Notes under the pieces: generated by a model | Seen by the model: the letters and a program-made list of their open reading frames with translations, nothing else | What the model was told of the DNA's origin: nothing | The model's database searches: none | Made by a program: the position numbers and the translations under genes | Assembly: GCA_040285855.1 (NCBI GenBank) | Contig: JAUFOQ010000016.1 | Location: forward strand, 3,100,001-3,164,000 | Origin: Eukaryota sp. GEM-RC1 | Taxonomy: Eukaryota | DNA: 64,000 nt | Direction of reading: 5' to 3' | Part shown: positions 38,366-50,300 of the stretch, in pieces | How the letters are laid out: every line of letters begins with the position of its first letter | Position numbering within the stretch: the first letter of the stretch is position 1

Positions 38366-39870
38366 TTTAAAAAAAAAGTGAGGTGTGAATTTTATTCCCT
38401 TCCCTTTTCCTCTCCCCAACAATTCCCAATCTTCACAGAATATTCCAAAAAGAGAATATCTGTCAAGGTATCTGTCGTCAGAGTCCTGCTTTGTACGTTT
38501 GATAGCAGTAGACATCATCCATGAACCACCTGTTTCAGAAGAAGAAGAAGGAGAAGAAGATACATTGGCCCTTGGAAATGGAACTGGAACCAGGTATTCA
38601 CAAGAGCATTAAAAGAAGAAGAGATAACTTGTCCTACTGCATTATGAAGATTTTTGGTGTTAGACGGGGATCGGTAACACCCTCATTCTTTTGATATATG
38701 CTGATGACGTGATGTTTTTGATGACGTCATTAGAAAGGAGTTTAACCTACTAATATCGTTGAAAAAAGATCAGAGCTTCTGACGAAGTTTAAAACAGTGG
38801 ATACTTTGGTTTCCATGTCTAATTTCAATTTAATATTTATATTATTTCAAAAGGGAAATTACGTCTGTCATGGTTTTCAAATATTTTTATTATTTTATTT
38901 GTTTCTTTTAACAATGTTGTTTTAACTAATTTTATGTTTCATCATCAGTAATCATGTAGAATTCACCTTCAATGCTTCAGCCATTTACTTAGTAGATTCA
39001 CTACCTTTAGAAATGTTGCTTCAATTAATCTTAAACCTGCCTTCAGTATAATAGTCTTAAAGAAGTTAAAATGAGTATAAAAATCGTTCACCTATCATTT
39101 TAAATATTTAAAATATTCCCACAGCCTGGCTGCCCTCCACTAGAGCCCAACTTTTTTCATTAAGGGCTTCTTTAAATGTGTTTAAAGAAGCCCTTGAATG
39201 GGAAATGTAAAGTTCACTCGACAATTTTACCTCTTTACTGGATTTTCATTAGTTTTGAAACACTTCCCAAGACCTCTGTAATCAGAAGAAGAAGAGATCA
39301 ATCAAATAAAAAAGAGGAAGGTAATGTACACACCAAACAATTCTTAAAGAATATCTTAACACAATTTCGTTTATAAAGCATTTCTTAATTCATCATCACT
39401 TAAATAAACAAATATCATCATTTCATTTTAGCATAACTTCAGAAGTAGCATAACTTTAAACATCTAAAAACGTACTAGTAAAATCGATTGGTATTACTTC
39501 AGATGATGGCAAGCTCAATCCCATCAAAATCTAAACAAATACTATTAAAGAAACTACCCAATTCTTTTTTTTAAAAAAGTAGTTACCACCTATCAAATTG
39601 ACCAAATAGAATCAACATATCTATGTATTGACTTAGAAGTGAAAAACCAAATTTACTCTTACAGTACGATCTGTTAAACTTAATTAAACTTAATTCCTGA
39701 CCACCAATTCAGAATCAGCTTTTCAACCATGAAGTACTAGTAAATTAAGCTACTGAGGGAGTTCTTTGTATGCGACTTTCTTTTCACTTGTAATGCGGTA
39801 CAGTTTTTAATCAAGGCTGATCTTAGTAAGAAGTTTGGATGTTTGGATTGACAAAAACACTACAGTGTAC

Positions 39871-40029
39871 TAGATATGTTGATTCCATTTTGTCCAAGTT
39901 GTTTGGAGGCAACTACTTTTCGGAATTAGGTAGTTCGTTTGATAATTTGTTTTAATAGTGTTTATCTATTTGTACTTAACTTATTATGTGTTTTTCTTGT
40001 GTTTTTCCGCACATAAATCCGTTTTTTTT
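39871..40029 (+). mobile_element. 159-bp T-tailed insertion (family C) flanked by an 11-bp direct repeat
   Basis: CTACAGTGTAC at 39860-39870 and 40030-40040; the element ends CACATAAATCCG-T8. Related copies are at 17705-17838 and ~54838-54875 (minus strand). Confidence 0.75.
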
Positions 40030-40694
40030 CTACAGTGTACATACATCTAAAAATCAATATCCTCAAAGTGCAGACTGCCTATCTGGAAATTTTCACCTAC
40101 TAGTACCTTATTCTCATAATGTCTGCCAAGAGATAATAAAGCGCTAGATACAGAAGTCACCATACCTTTAAAGATAGCAAACACAATTCGATTTAAAAGT
40201 GGTTCAGTTGGAAATGAAGTTCAGATGTCCGTTCAAGTATTGCAAATTACAAAGTCAATTAAATAAATAAAATTCTTTGATTTTTGTCAGTTTTAATATA
40301 TGGGATTCGAAATTGAACAATTCAAGAGACTTGCTTATTTTAAAAAAAATGTTTGTGACCATTGTTCTTACATCAAAAATCCATACAATTGTTTCCTCTT
40401 TTTGAGGATTCTAGGCTACTTCGGAGCGCAGCAAGTTTAATTAATTAAGAAATTGACATCAAAACCATTCTCATCAAAAACATGTAGATGAACTGTACGA
40501 TGAAAATCATACTTTTTGACTCATGAATTGATGGAGCACAATTTTCTATAATTCCTCTGATTTTTATTGCAGTACGTAAATTGGAAACCATTGATAATAA
40601 TACTTATACTTTATCAGCAACAACTACAGTTGTATTAAACGTTCACCAATTCGATTCGACAATTCGTTAGAGAGCTAGTTACAGTAAATATTTA

Positions 40695-41050
40695 TTATAA
40701 AAGCTGAACAACGAAAGTGTTCAAATTATGCGGATGCTTTGCAGAAGCTTAATGAAAATCTATATTCTAAGTTTTCATTTGTTCCATTAGCCATTTCAAT
40801 TTTTGGTAATATTGGTCCAGCCGGTTTACAGTTTTTCAGTGATTTTAGTCTTTTATGTCGTTCTAATGACAAGGTGTTTAATAGCGCTGTATGGATTAAT
40901 CGAATTATGTTCACTCTTTATAGAAGCATTCCCAAGTATTTATGTTCCATTTATTCGAAGTTGTATAGGGACAATTCTCGTGTTGATGTGGAGAATTTAA
41001 CTTCTTTCATTTTCTGAATTAGTATGTATTAATTTATTGTTGCAAATAAA
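40695..41050 (+). mobile_element. 5'-truncated RLE-type non-LTR element tail, family A
   Basis: KAEQRKCSNYADALQKLNENLYSKFSFVPLAISIFGNIGPAGLQF...ENLTSFIF*; homologous to 2565-2915. Confidence 0.72.
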
Positions 41051-41612
41051 CTCTTATATATATATTATTAATTAGTAAAAATATTATACATGACAACTCG
41101 CAAATCAATACTATTTACACTTTTTTTGACTTAACCTTATTCTAAACAGAAAACATACTAGACATGCGTGTCATCTTACTTTCTTCAAAAAAAAGAGTAC
41201 TCTCGACCAGTTCTCAAAGGAAGTTCTTAAAGAACTTCAAATAACAACATAAATGTTCTTTTATCAACAGCTTTTCTCTATATTCATGACTTGGTCTAGT
41301 TCTAGTTCACTATCTATTTAGTGATATCTGTCCAGTACAATTAATTAGGTCTAATAATAAATAGTTAGAAACAGGAAAATCTTGAGTGACTATTCGATCA
41401 TTCGGCAAGTTCGTTAACCACCAAAACAGATTTGGTATACGTTTAGTTCATTCCTGCAAGAATAGTTTGGACTCTTGTAGAGCATTTGAATGATCGTTAT
41501 GGTTGTACAAAGAACCTATGTCCGAGCTCTTGGTTTAAAAAAAACAAGGCATCAAACAATGTCTACTAGTAGGTGTTTTCTAGTTGGCCAAATTTTCTTT
41601 CCTCAACACCAA

Positions 41613-43625
41613 ATGACTGACATCCGGTACACCAAGGAACAACTACTATCTCTGTTTTCCTTAGCGAACAACAGCCCTTCCTGGGCAGTTGACTTTCCTG
41701 AAGTTATCAACCCTCAACCTGTCTCCCCCTTCTTCTTGACAAACCCTGACTTTGATGCGTCTGCCGTAACTAAATCCGAACAAGACCGCATTTCAAAGGC
41801 CAATGCCAAGTCCAGACGTGGACGTGGTGGTTCTGCTTCATTCAAAGGAGGTCGTTACCGCACAGAGAAGACTTCTGCTCAACTATTCGAAGGTCTCCGT
41901 CAACATCAAGACTCCCCCCGTACCAAATGGTCTCTTCCCGACGACCAATCTACTGACAAGAACCTCACCAAGTGGGATATCACTGATGACGTTCCTGACG
42001 ACCTCCTATGGTCAGATGACTCCAACGTCGTCGCCACAGCCAAAGACACTGGTAATCCTCGTTTAGACGGTCTCATTTCCTCCTGCCCTGTCTACCAAGA
42101 AGACTCCTCTTCTGACGACGACCTCATCACCTTCCCTGCTACGTCTCTCCTCTCTTCTGCTCCCGCTGAACCTCTCTCTCGTTCTCTTGATCTCTTCTCT
42201 TCTTCAAAACAAGAAACTTCTGACGCTGACTTCATCACCATCACCTCCAAAGGCTCTCAACCTAAACCCTCTGTTCCCAAACCTTCCCTTCCCAAACCAT
42301 CTTCTCTACCTCCACCCAAACCTAAGACAACTCTCCTCTTTGATGATTCCTTTACTTCCGCCCCCGCTCCCTCTACTGTCACCACTCTCTCCAATTGGGA
42401 GTATCTCGACCCTCAGGCTGTTCTACAAGGCCCGTACCCTTCACCAGTGATGCAGAGGTGGTATCAAGGAGGTTATCTTCCTGACGATTTGCAGGTACGC
42501 ATTACTAACTTTGATGATTCCACTCATGACAAGGGCTATGTTCAGTTAAAGGATTGGCTGGAAGTTCATGGATCTTTTATGATTAGTGTTACTCCTGATT
42601 CAGAACTTGTTTCGAACTTTAAAATCCCAAAGAAACCTGTTGCTGCTCAAAAACCATTAAAAAAGAAGCCAATTCCAGTCTCTTTTGACCCTCCACTTGA
42701 GTATGACACGTCATCAACGACGGCGTTCTCTCAGGAAGTCGATTTATCCTCACTTCTACCTGAAACTACGAAAGAAAAGGAAGAGAGAAAGCAAAAACCT
42801 TTAAAAAAGAAGGAAAAACCAAGTCTGACGCTAGCAGAGATTCAGAAACAGCAGTTTGAGGCTATGCAGAAACAGGCTCAAGCTCAAAAAGCAGCTCCAC
42901 AGGTCAAATCAGCCACGTCATCAGTTGCTCCTTCTTGGAGTGCAATGATTGGTCAATCTAGAAAAGCTCCTTCTAAGTCACTTAAAGAAATTCAAGAAGA
43001 AGAAAGATTGTCAAGACAAGGACAGCCAATGAAAGCTTCGAAACCTGCTTTACCTAGTAATCTGACGTTAGCTGAGAGAATTGCCCTTCTTCATGGGTCA
43101 AAAATGACGTCACCAGCTCAAGTTGCCACGTCACCAGTTCAAAAGAGTAGTGCACCGTCGATTCCAATCAAACCTGTTGCTACAAAAGCTAGTACTGTAA
43201 CTAAAGTTCAAGAAACTCGTGTGTCTGTTGCTGCTACGAATTCTAAAAATTCAAATATTAAAAATGTTACTAATATTTGGGATTACAAACCAACCAAGAA
43301 CGCTCAATCTCTAGATTCTCCGACCTCCGATTCAGATCCATCGGAAACCAGTAAACCAGTGGTCTCAAAGTCGTTATTATCTTGGACCGAGCAAGAGCTT
43401 GTTAAGTTTAATTATCCAACGGAAGGTGTTTCTAATTTCATTGAGTTCTTACTCTCTTTAAAAACCCAACAGCAGGTTCTAGATTATTGTAGACAATTCC
43501 TTTCTGTTTCTTCTGATGTTGACTCCTTTGCGACTCAGTTTTGGACTAGGTGGACCTTTGAAACTGAAAGTAAGTCAGTTAAGAAGGGTAAAAAGACGAA
43601 GACAAAGTTTAGACCTATTAATTAG
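41613..43625 (+). CDS. GYF-domain protein (GIGYF/Smy2-like)
   Basis: N-terminal RYTKEQLL (YxxxxL-phi), GYF domain WEYLDPQAVLQGPYPSPVMQRWYQGGYL, SLKEIQEEE and C-terminal FIEFLLSL. Start placed at ATG 41613. Confidence 0.85.
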   Translation: MTDIRYTKEQLLSLFSLANNSPSWAVDFPEVINPQPVSPFFLTNPDFDASAVTKSEQDRISKANAKSRRGRGGSASFKGGRYRTEKTSAQLFEGLRQHQDSPRTKWSLPDDQSTDKNLTKWDITDDVPDDLLWSDDSNVVATAKDTGNPRLDGLISSCPVYQEDSSSDDDLITFPATSLLSSAPAEPLSRSLDLFSSSKQETSDADFITITSKGSQPKPSVPKPSLPKPSSLPPPKPKTTLLFDDSFTSAPAPSTVTTLSNWEYLDPQAVLQGPYPSPVMQRWYQGGYLPDDLQVRITNFDDSTHDKGYVQLKDWLEVHGSFMISVTPDSELVSNFKIPKKPVAAQKPLKKKPIPVSFDPPLEYDTSSTTAFSQEVDLSSLLPETTKEKEERKQKPLKKKEKPSLTLAEIQKQQFEAMQKQAQAQKAAPQVKSATSSVAPSWSAMIGQSRKAPSKSLKEIQEEERLSRQGQPMKASKPALPSNLTLAERIALLHGSKMTSPAQVATSPVQKSSAPSIPIKPVATKASTVTKVQETRVSVAATNSKNSNIKNVTNIWDYKPTKNAQSLDSPTSDSDPSETSKPVVSKSLLSWTEQELVKFNYPTEGVSNFIEFLLSLKTQQQVLDYCRQFLSVSSDVDSFATQFWTRWTFETESKSVKKGKKTKTKFRPIN

Positions 43626-44667
43626 TTTTAAAGATTGTTTTGGCTTGTTTATTTTATTTTTATAAATTCTTATTTATCACGGTTTTTGATCTAATCAAAA
43701 TTGTTGCGTTTTGCCAATCAAAAGAAGGGTTATTCTTTAAGTTGTAGAGTTCAAAGTGAATTCATTATTTGAATCGTACAGTAGTTATAACATCTTACAC
43801 ACCTTCAAGAAACCCGGTTTGCAATATTTGAATTGTTTTGGAGTGATGGTTTTCATGGCAAAATCAAATCAGTTTTGAGTACTTTGTCTGATTCAATTAT
43901 TATAAGAGATGAGAGGTGTTGATAACATCACTCTTGATGTATGGTGATGTTAGCATGCAACACTTTGTTCAACAATTAGGATTAGTCAGATCATGTATGG
44001 TTGGACAGCTCTGTATTTGACAAAGAAAGAATGAATTTAAAAAGTCTGACACAGCAACGACTGTAAACAGTACAATTTTGATCGTTTGATGAACTTCAAC
44101 ATTGGAAATAATGTATCTTCAACTTACTTAAATGTCACAACTTGGATAAGAACAGTTAAGCGGTGCATTGATTTCAACATTCAATTCTGATTGATTGATT
44201 GATTGATTGCTGACTGATTTAATAAGATGTCCTCAAATTTCCCAAAGATGTCCTCGCACCACCTCTTTAATAACAACCCTGCTTTTTCAAGACAAGAACC
44301 TAAAAGTCCACCTGTACCTCTTGAGAAAGCTCTTACACAAGAAGATTTTGACACAATGAAAAGTACAGAAGATGAACACCAACAGAGAAGCACATTGTGA
44401 TAGTTGGGGACTAAGAACAGGTTTCAAAGTGGTAATGCTAATTAAATGACAATTGAATTTCGTGTTCTATTATCTTACACAGAATATTTGCTTTAAATAA
44501 ACAACAAGCTGTCTTTACAAGAATAAAGCTGTAATTTAATTTGAAGATGATTTAACCGCATATGATTTGAGCTCTATAAGTTCAAATGTTTAAAAAATTA
44601 AATATTAAAAACCAATTGTATGAAGAGTTAGATAGAACTACAGTACAATGTACTGAGAGTAACTGCA

Positions 44668-45333
44668 TCACATCTTTAAATATGTCTGTACAAATTGTCT
44701 CCAACAATACCACCAATTATTCCCCCCAAAAAAGAAGCATAGAGTTATTCCAAATAATAATACAAGAACTCTCTTTAAAGGAGATCTTTTAACTGCTTCA
44801 AGTTTCCTTGGCATGGGAGCAACAAACATCATTGCATAAATCCCTATACCACCTCCTATCAACAACAAATGGTGGCCACTTAACACTATTTCCACAACAA
44901 ACCCAAACCCAGCACCAATGAGAAATACATCACCGCTATCTAGACCCATCCAATGATACAAGAGCAAGATGGCGACACCACTGAAAGCGAAAATTGGAAC
45001 TGCAATGCTAAGTGTATGCCACAAACTCGTTGCTGTTCCACCTAAAGCACCTCCGATCCAGTACATCAAAGATTCTTCAATAATGGCCAAAACAAAGACA
45101 AGGGGGATGTACCACATCTTGGCTTTCATCTGATAGTAGAGATTGGTACGGAAGAAACCATACAACAATCCTGTGAGAAACCACCATCCAGTTAGAACAA
45201 GACCCGCCCAGAGACTATTCCAGAGAAAGAAGAATGCCGTAGTCATTCCATAACCAACTAACAGAACGAATATGAATAGTTGGATCCATTTTGGGTTATG
45301 TTCATCGACAAAGAGGAAATTGTTCAGCTTCAT
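44668..45333 (-). CDS. Multi-pass membrane protein of unknown function
   Basis: 221-aa intronless ORF with about 6-7 hydrophobic segments. A probable frame break in the T6G6 run near 44722-44733 would give the end GIIGGIVGDNLYRHI*. Confidence 0.7.
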   Translation of the reverse strand: MKLNNFLFVDEHNPKWIQLFIFVLLVGYGMTTAFFFLWNSLWAGLVLTGWWFLTGLLYGFFRTNLYYQMKAKMWYIPLVFVLAIIEESLMYWIGGALGGTATSLWHTLSIAVPIFAFSGVAILLLYHWMGLDSGDVFLIGAGFGFVVEIVLSGHHLLLIGGGIGIYAMMFVAPMPRKLEAVKRSPLKRVLVLLFGITLCFFFGGNNWWYCWRQFVQTYLKM

Positions 45334-45557
45334 ATAAGAATTATGGAACAGATTGATTGTGTAGTTAGATTTGATTATACTATTATTGCCACATGGTTGG
45401 CAACTGACGACGTCATCTGATCAAGTCAAGTCAATTCATTGGCAGATGACTTTGGTTCCCTTTTGTACAAATAGCTGACTGAACTAGTGATCAACCCAGT
45501 TTTGGTACTTTTTGGGTATAAAGGGGAATGTCAGCGGTGTTTTTAAATGAATTATAC

Positions 45558-46444
45558 TAGGGATGGGAGCCGGCTCAATTTAGCCGGCTAGCCGAGCCAG
45601 CCGACTAGAAATATTTCCAGCTGCAAGCCGGCCGGCTAAAATTGAATTTAGCTAATTACTTTTAGGTTCTCTGAAAACATAGCTAATAAAGAACGAATAA
45701 TGAATTTAGAAATCGTAAATACATAATAATTAATAATAATCACTTATCAGAACAGTTTAGGGCTACTTATGTTTATCAACGTTCGAACAACAATAGAATA
45801 TAAAATATATTGGATATGTGTCGAATAATTGCCCTACTGTTTTTCTTGGGGGCAATGAGAATACATTCGGTGCCTTATGTACATTGTCGCAGTGTCTATT
45901 ACTGACACTTTATATGTCTATTACATCTTTTACTTTCATATAAAATGGATATACCTGTGTTCTGAGACAGTAAACAACCTGGAGTCTGTCAGAGATCTTC
46001 TGTCGACGACTTTCATGTTGTTTCTTTAGGACTAATTAATCCCCTTCTCAAAGTACTACTGTACTGTTTTCTAATATTAGGCAGACAGCAAATTCCATAG
46101 TGGTGTTACGATTGTTTCACAGATTCAAGTAATAACTAACAGTCAAGTTTATAAGTGATAATCACAAAAATAAGTGACATGTAAAATCTGTGAAAACTGG
46201 AACTGATCAATGGTATCAGTATTGTGTCGTTCTGATACTTGGTGTAGTTGTCATTAACAATGGTTCTGAATCTTTTTACTTATATATCAACCAACCAGTC
46301 AATAGCACTTTTAAGCAGTTAGCCTAAATACTCGAAGCAAAACTCGATGAGGCTGAGCGGGCTAAAATGTGTTGTAAGCCGCAGCCGGCTGGTTGATGCC
46401 TGTGGCTGAGCCGTGAGCAAATTCTGAGCCGGCTCCCATCTATA
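45558..46444. mobile_element. Non-autonomous hAT DNA transposon (887 bp)
   Basis: TIRs TAGGGATGGGAGCCGGCTCA and TGAGCCGGCTCCCATCTATA (18/20 match). Perfect 8-bp TSD AATTATAC at 45550-45557 and 46445-46452. Subterminal AGCCG/CGGCT repeats; no long ORF. Confidence 0.92.
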
Positions 46445-47339
46445 AATTATACAGACTTTGTAACTACAATGTATACTAACATCTTAAGCAGTTCATTTTT
46501 TAGGCTAACAGTTTCTTGTAATATAACACAGTCTGACAGAAATGCAAACAAATATAAAGTCCCTTGGAAGCCAATGGAAGAAAGCTGGATCTGACAGCAC
46601 TTGAATTTCGATGAGCAGTCAAACTAATAATGGTTTAATTAAAAAATGATGACCCATTTATCAAAATTTAGTTTACCTAATGATGCTGCTGATGCTCATC
46701 ATTATCCACCACAGTTGCTATAATCAAATTGTCAGTTTGAATGAGTTTGCGTATTCTGCTTGGCATCGGTCCAAATTGAATTGGGACAGTTAAACTGGAG
46801 GATGAAGAAAAAAAAACATTTTTAAAAATGTTATGATTGAAGTTTATGCTTTTTGGTTTGGTAGAAGTAATACAGAAGTAGACATGCAACAATATGATAG
46901 ACAATTTTACAAAGCTCCTAAAGACAGATCACACACATTCTTTGTTGCTGGATCTATTCAAATATTCGCGACTATTCGCGAAAACTCTTATACCGCCAGC
47001 CTGTGAAGCTATGACTGAAAAAGTGCATCGCTGGTTGATCTCTGACAGTCATTAGCATGCAGGAACAATAAATTGAAATCAACTTACTAAATCACAGCCA
47101 AAGTATCAGACAGATGGAGAGCCGCAAGTTACTTAGGAGTAGTCCTAAAACAATGAATAGTAGTACAGATGCTAGTGAGTGCTTACTGAGGTACCTAGTG
47201 TAAAATCGGGTAAATGCTGATTAAATTCAGTGTATTCATTTCACCAGTTAAAAGTCAAAAGAAAACGTTCAAACAAAAGGAGGATTCAAATTGAAAGAGA
47301 TTTCTCTGACCTGATCTGATAGAGTTTTCAGTTCTTGTA

Positions 47340-50300
47340 ATGCAACAGTTTCTTTCCATAAGCTGCTCTGACATTGTCTCCTCGCTATATACCAACTCAT
47401 CCCTTTCTGATCAAACTCTTGTCTTTGGTGACCACAACCTCCACGTGTGTAGAAACGTGCTCGCTTCCAGCTCCAACTTCTTCCTTTCTCTTTGGTACAT
47501 GGAGTTTGCTGACAAATACGAAAATCCAGTAGATTTCTCTCATCTAGCCGTCAGTGGTTCCTCTTTTGTTGCCTTTATTAGCGCTCTTTATGGTGTCAAG
47601 GTTGATGTCTCTGAATCCAATGTTTACGATCTATTTTACCTAGCCCATTACTTTCAAGCAGATGGATTGATCACCCAAATTGAACTGGTAATGACTCAAA
47701 ACTTGGTTAATTGGACCTGGTTGCTGTGTTTTCTGTTAAGAGCAGATGAAAATGATGATTTTAGGGCTTTAAAGATTGCTGGTCCTTATTTGAAGATGTC
47801 AAAAGACATTCTGATTGATGTTGGTGTTAATTTGAAAACTGATTCTATTCAATTGCTGACTAAGTTTTGCGATGACCGTCAATTGCAATCTTGGTTAGTC
47901 AGGTCACTAGTGGTTTCCATCTGTAATTTAAATTTTGAATTGTCTGAATTTTTAAGCATTTTGAATCACTTCAATTTGTCTGTTTTTTCCCTTAAAGATT
48001 GGGAGAACTTACTTTTCGATCCTTTACGTGGCATTAAAGAACTAGAACAGCCATTACGAGAGTTTCTGTTTGACAAGCTCAAAGTTTTATATTTTGATTC
48101 ACTACTTAACCAAGTAGAGGAACTGAAGAAACAAAACTCTGAGCTAGTTTCCTACAATGAGAGAGTTAATAAGACGATTGAGTCAATCAAATCTGCTTTC
48201 AAGGTTCAAGGCGAACAAGAATTGTTTCGCATTTTGTCGGATCCGATTTCATCTTCAGTTATTCACATTAGTTCATCTGTTTTTGATGTTGTTCAAAATT
48301 TAGACAAGTGCTTTCCAGAGAACCTTTCGTCAGTTTCAAAAGTGACGTCAACAGCCTTATTCCGTTACTTCTTGGTAAACTATATTAATAGCGGAAGGGA
48401 TAGAATTGGGGATCGTGACCTTGATAAAGACAATAGAGGACCTTGTGGACTTGATCCTGTGGCAGCTGTTACCACAATTTCTCAACAAATTCTAGAGTTC
48501 ATTACCCAACTGCTTGAACCTGATGTCAAGGCTTCACATTTGGAATCCATCTATAGTGGTTTCAATGAAGAAGAAATGTCTAATGAAATGGAAATTCTCT
48601 CTCACCTTGATCCCTCTGGAAAACTTCAAAAGAAGTTCTTTTTAATATCAAATCATGGGTCAATCGTCACGTGTGGGATCCAATCATTGCCTGTTTCAGG
48701 AATGTTTCTGGAATCTTTAGTTCAATTAAAGTTTCAACATCCATTGTTGATAGAAGAATCAATTCAGGTGAAGAACTCTCTTCAGACTCTCTATTATCTG
48801 ACTTTGGATCTTACTCCAAGAAGTTCAGTTCAATGATTGATTGTAGTCATTGCAATCGTACGTCACCGCCGCTGTATTTTCAAATCTTCCAACTTCTGAA
48901 CAATGCAGATGACTTACTTTCAATTCTGAACAAATACTCTACTTTAACATTTGAAGAACTTTCATCAAAGCTTTATGGTAACTTTGCCGCCTCTTATACT
49001 GTTAATAGCTCTATTGCTCAGTTTTTCATCAGTATGTTGGATGATCCGAAATCTCTATGGAATTTTGTATTAAAGCCGATCTTTGATGATGGAGTCATGC
49101 GTCAGCTATTAAGAAATCTTCACGACTGGATGAAAGACAATTGCCACTCTCCTCAACGTGTTGCTGCCGATGTCAAGTCAATCAATCAATTAAAGAGTGC
49201 AATCAAGGCGATTGATGAGTTGCTGGTCAGTGATGGCGATCAATCTGCATTGATTAATATCATTTCTAAGTGTAATTTCCAAGAAGGTATCTTACTTTTC
49301 AATCTTGAAACCATTACTGTCAGTCTGCAGCTTCCTACGGGAGAAGATAGTACAATTGATGTCCCAGAAGAGGAGTTTCATAGAGCTAGAGCTGAAGGAC
49401 TTCGTCTTAAAGCTGTTCCATCACCAGTATTCAAAATGGGAGGATCAAGTCACACATTCCTCAAATCTCCCAGAGATGTGGAAGAAATTAACTGCCTGCA
49501 ACTCATTTTTCCTAGTCATGCCCGCTATGACATTTTTGCGGAATATCAAGTATCTGATTCCTTCGAAGAAGCTCATGACACTCTTTTAGAAGACTGCCCC
49601 ACAACTTGTGTCTCCTGTAATGCTTATATTAAAGAAGGCACTGGTCACTCGTGTTTATCAGAAGCAATTGATTGGAATAAGGTTGAATCATTGTTCCAAG
49701 GCATGGAGCATTCTGAACCTTCCTCTACTGATGTGTCTCCCAGAATATCTAAAACCTTCGAATCTCATCCTACTCAACAATTGTACGACGAAAATGGAGA
49801 TCAATTTTTAAATATGTGTCAACTAGTTGATGAAACTCTTTTCATTTTGAGACAATTAGTTGATTGTGGTTTTCCCATCAAATCTGATGAGCCTGAACTT
49901 ATTGTTAAGGTCGAAGAACATAATTCTGGTATTCAACAACAAGTCGAGACTTTACGAGAATTACGTGATACTTGGATGACTCTCTTGGAACAAGCTCAAA
50001 ATGGCTGGTTTAGAGGAATGCATCCGAAAGAAATTTCAAATTTCCTTTTGAATCGTCAAGTGTCTGATATAGTGAGATACTTTCATCTGTCGGGGTTGGA
50101 CTGTAATTCAATACAATCAATCAAAAATGTTCAATCAGGAATTGATTCTTGTCCCTCTGTTAGTGATACACTGCAGGAAGTTTTGAATTTTAGGGAACCA
50201 TCATCTGTTGAAATCAAAGGCCAATCAATCACGTACTTTCAATCAGATTCTCTATCAAATCTCTTCACTGATGTTTTGAAAATAGCGGTTCATAGAAACA

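Noticed and set aside
7690..43625. Functional cluster of ribosome quality-control genes (RNF10-like, ASCC3, GIGYF-like)
   Set aside because: The genes are spread over 36 kb among unrelated genes; chance co-occurrence in a compact genome is sufficient.
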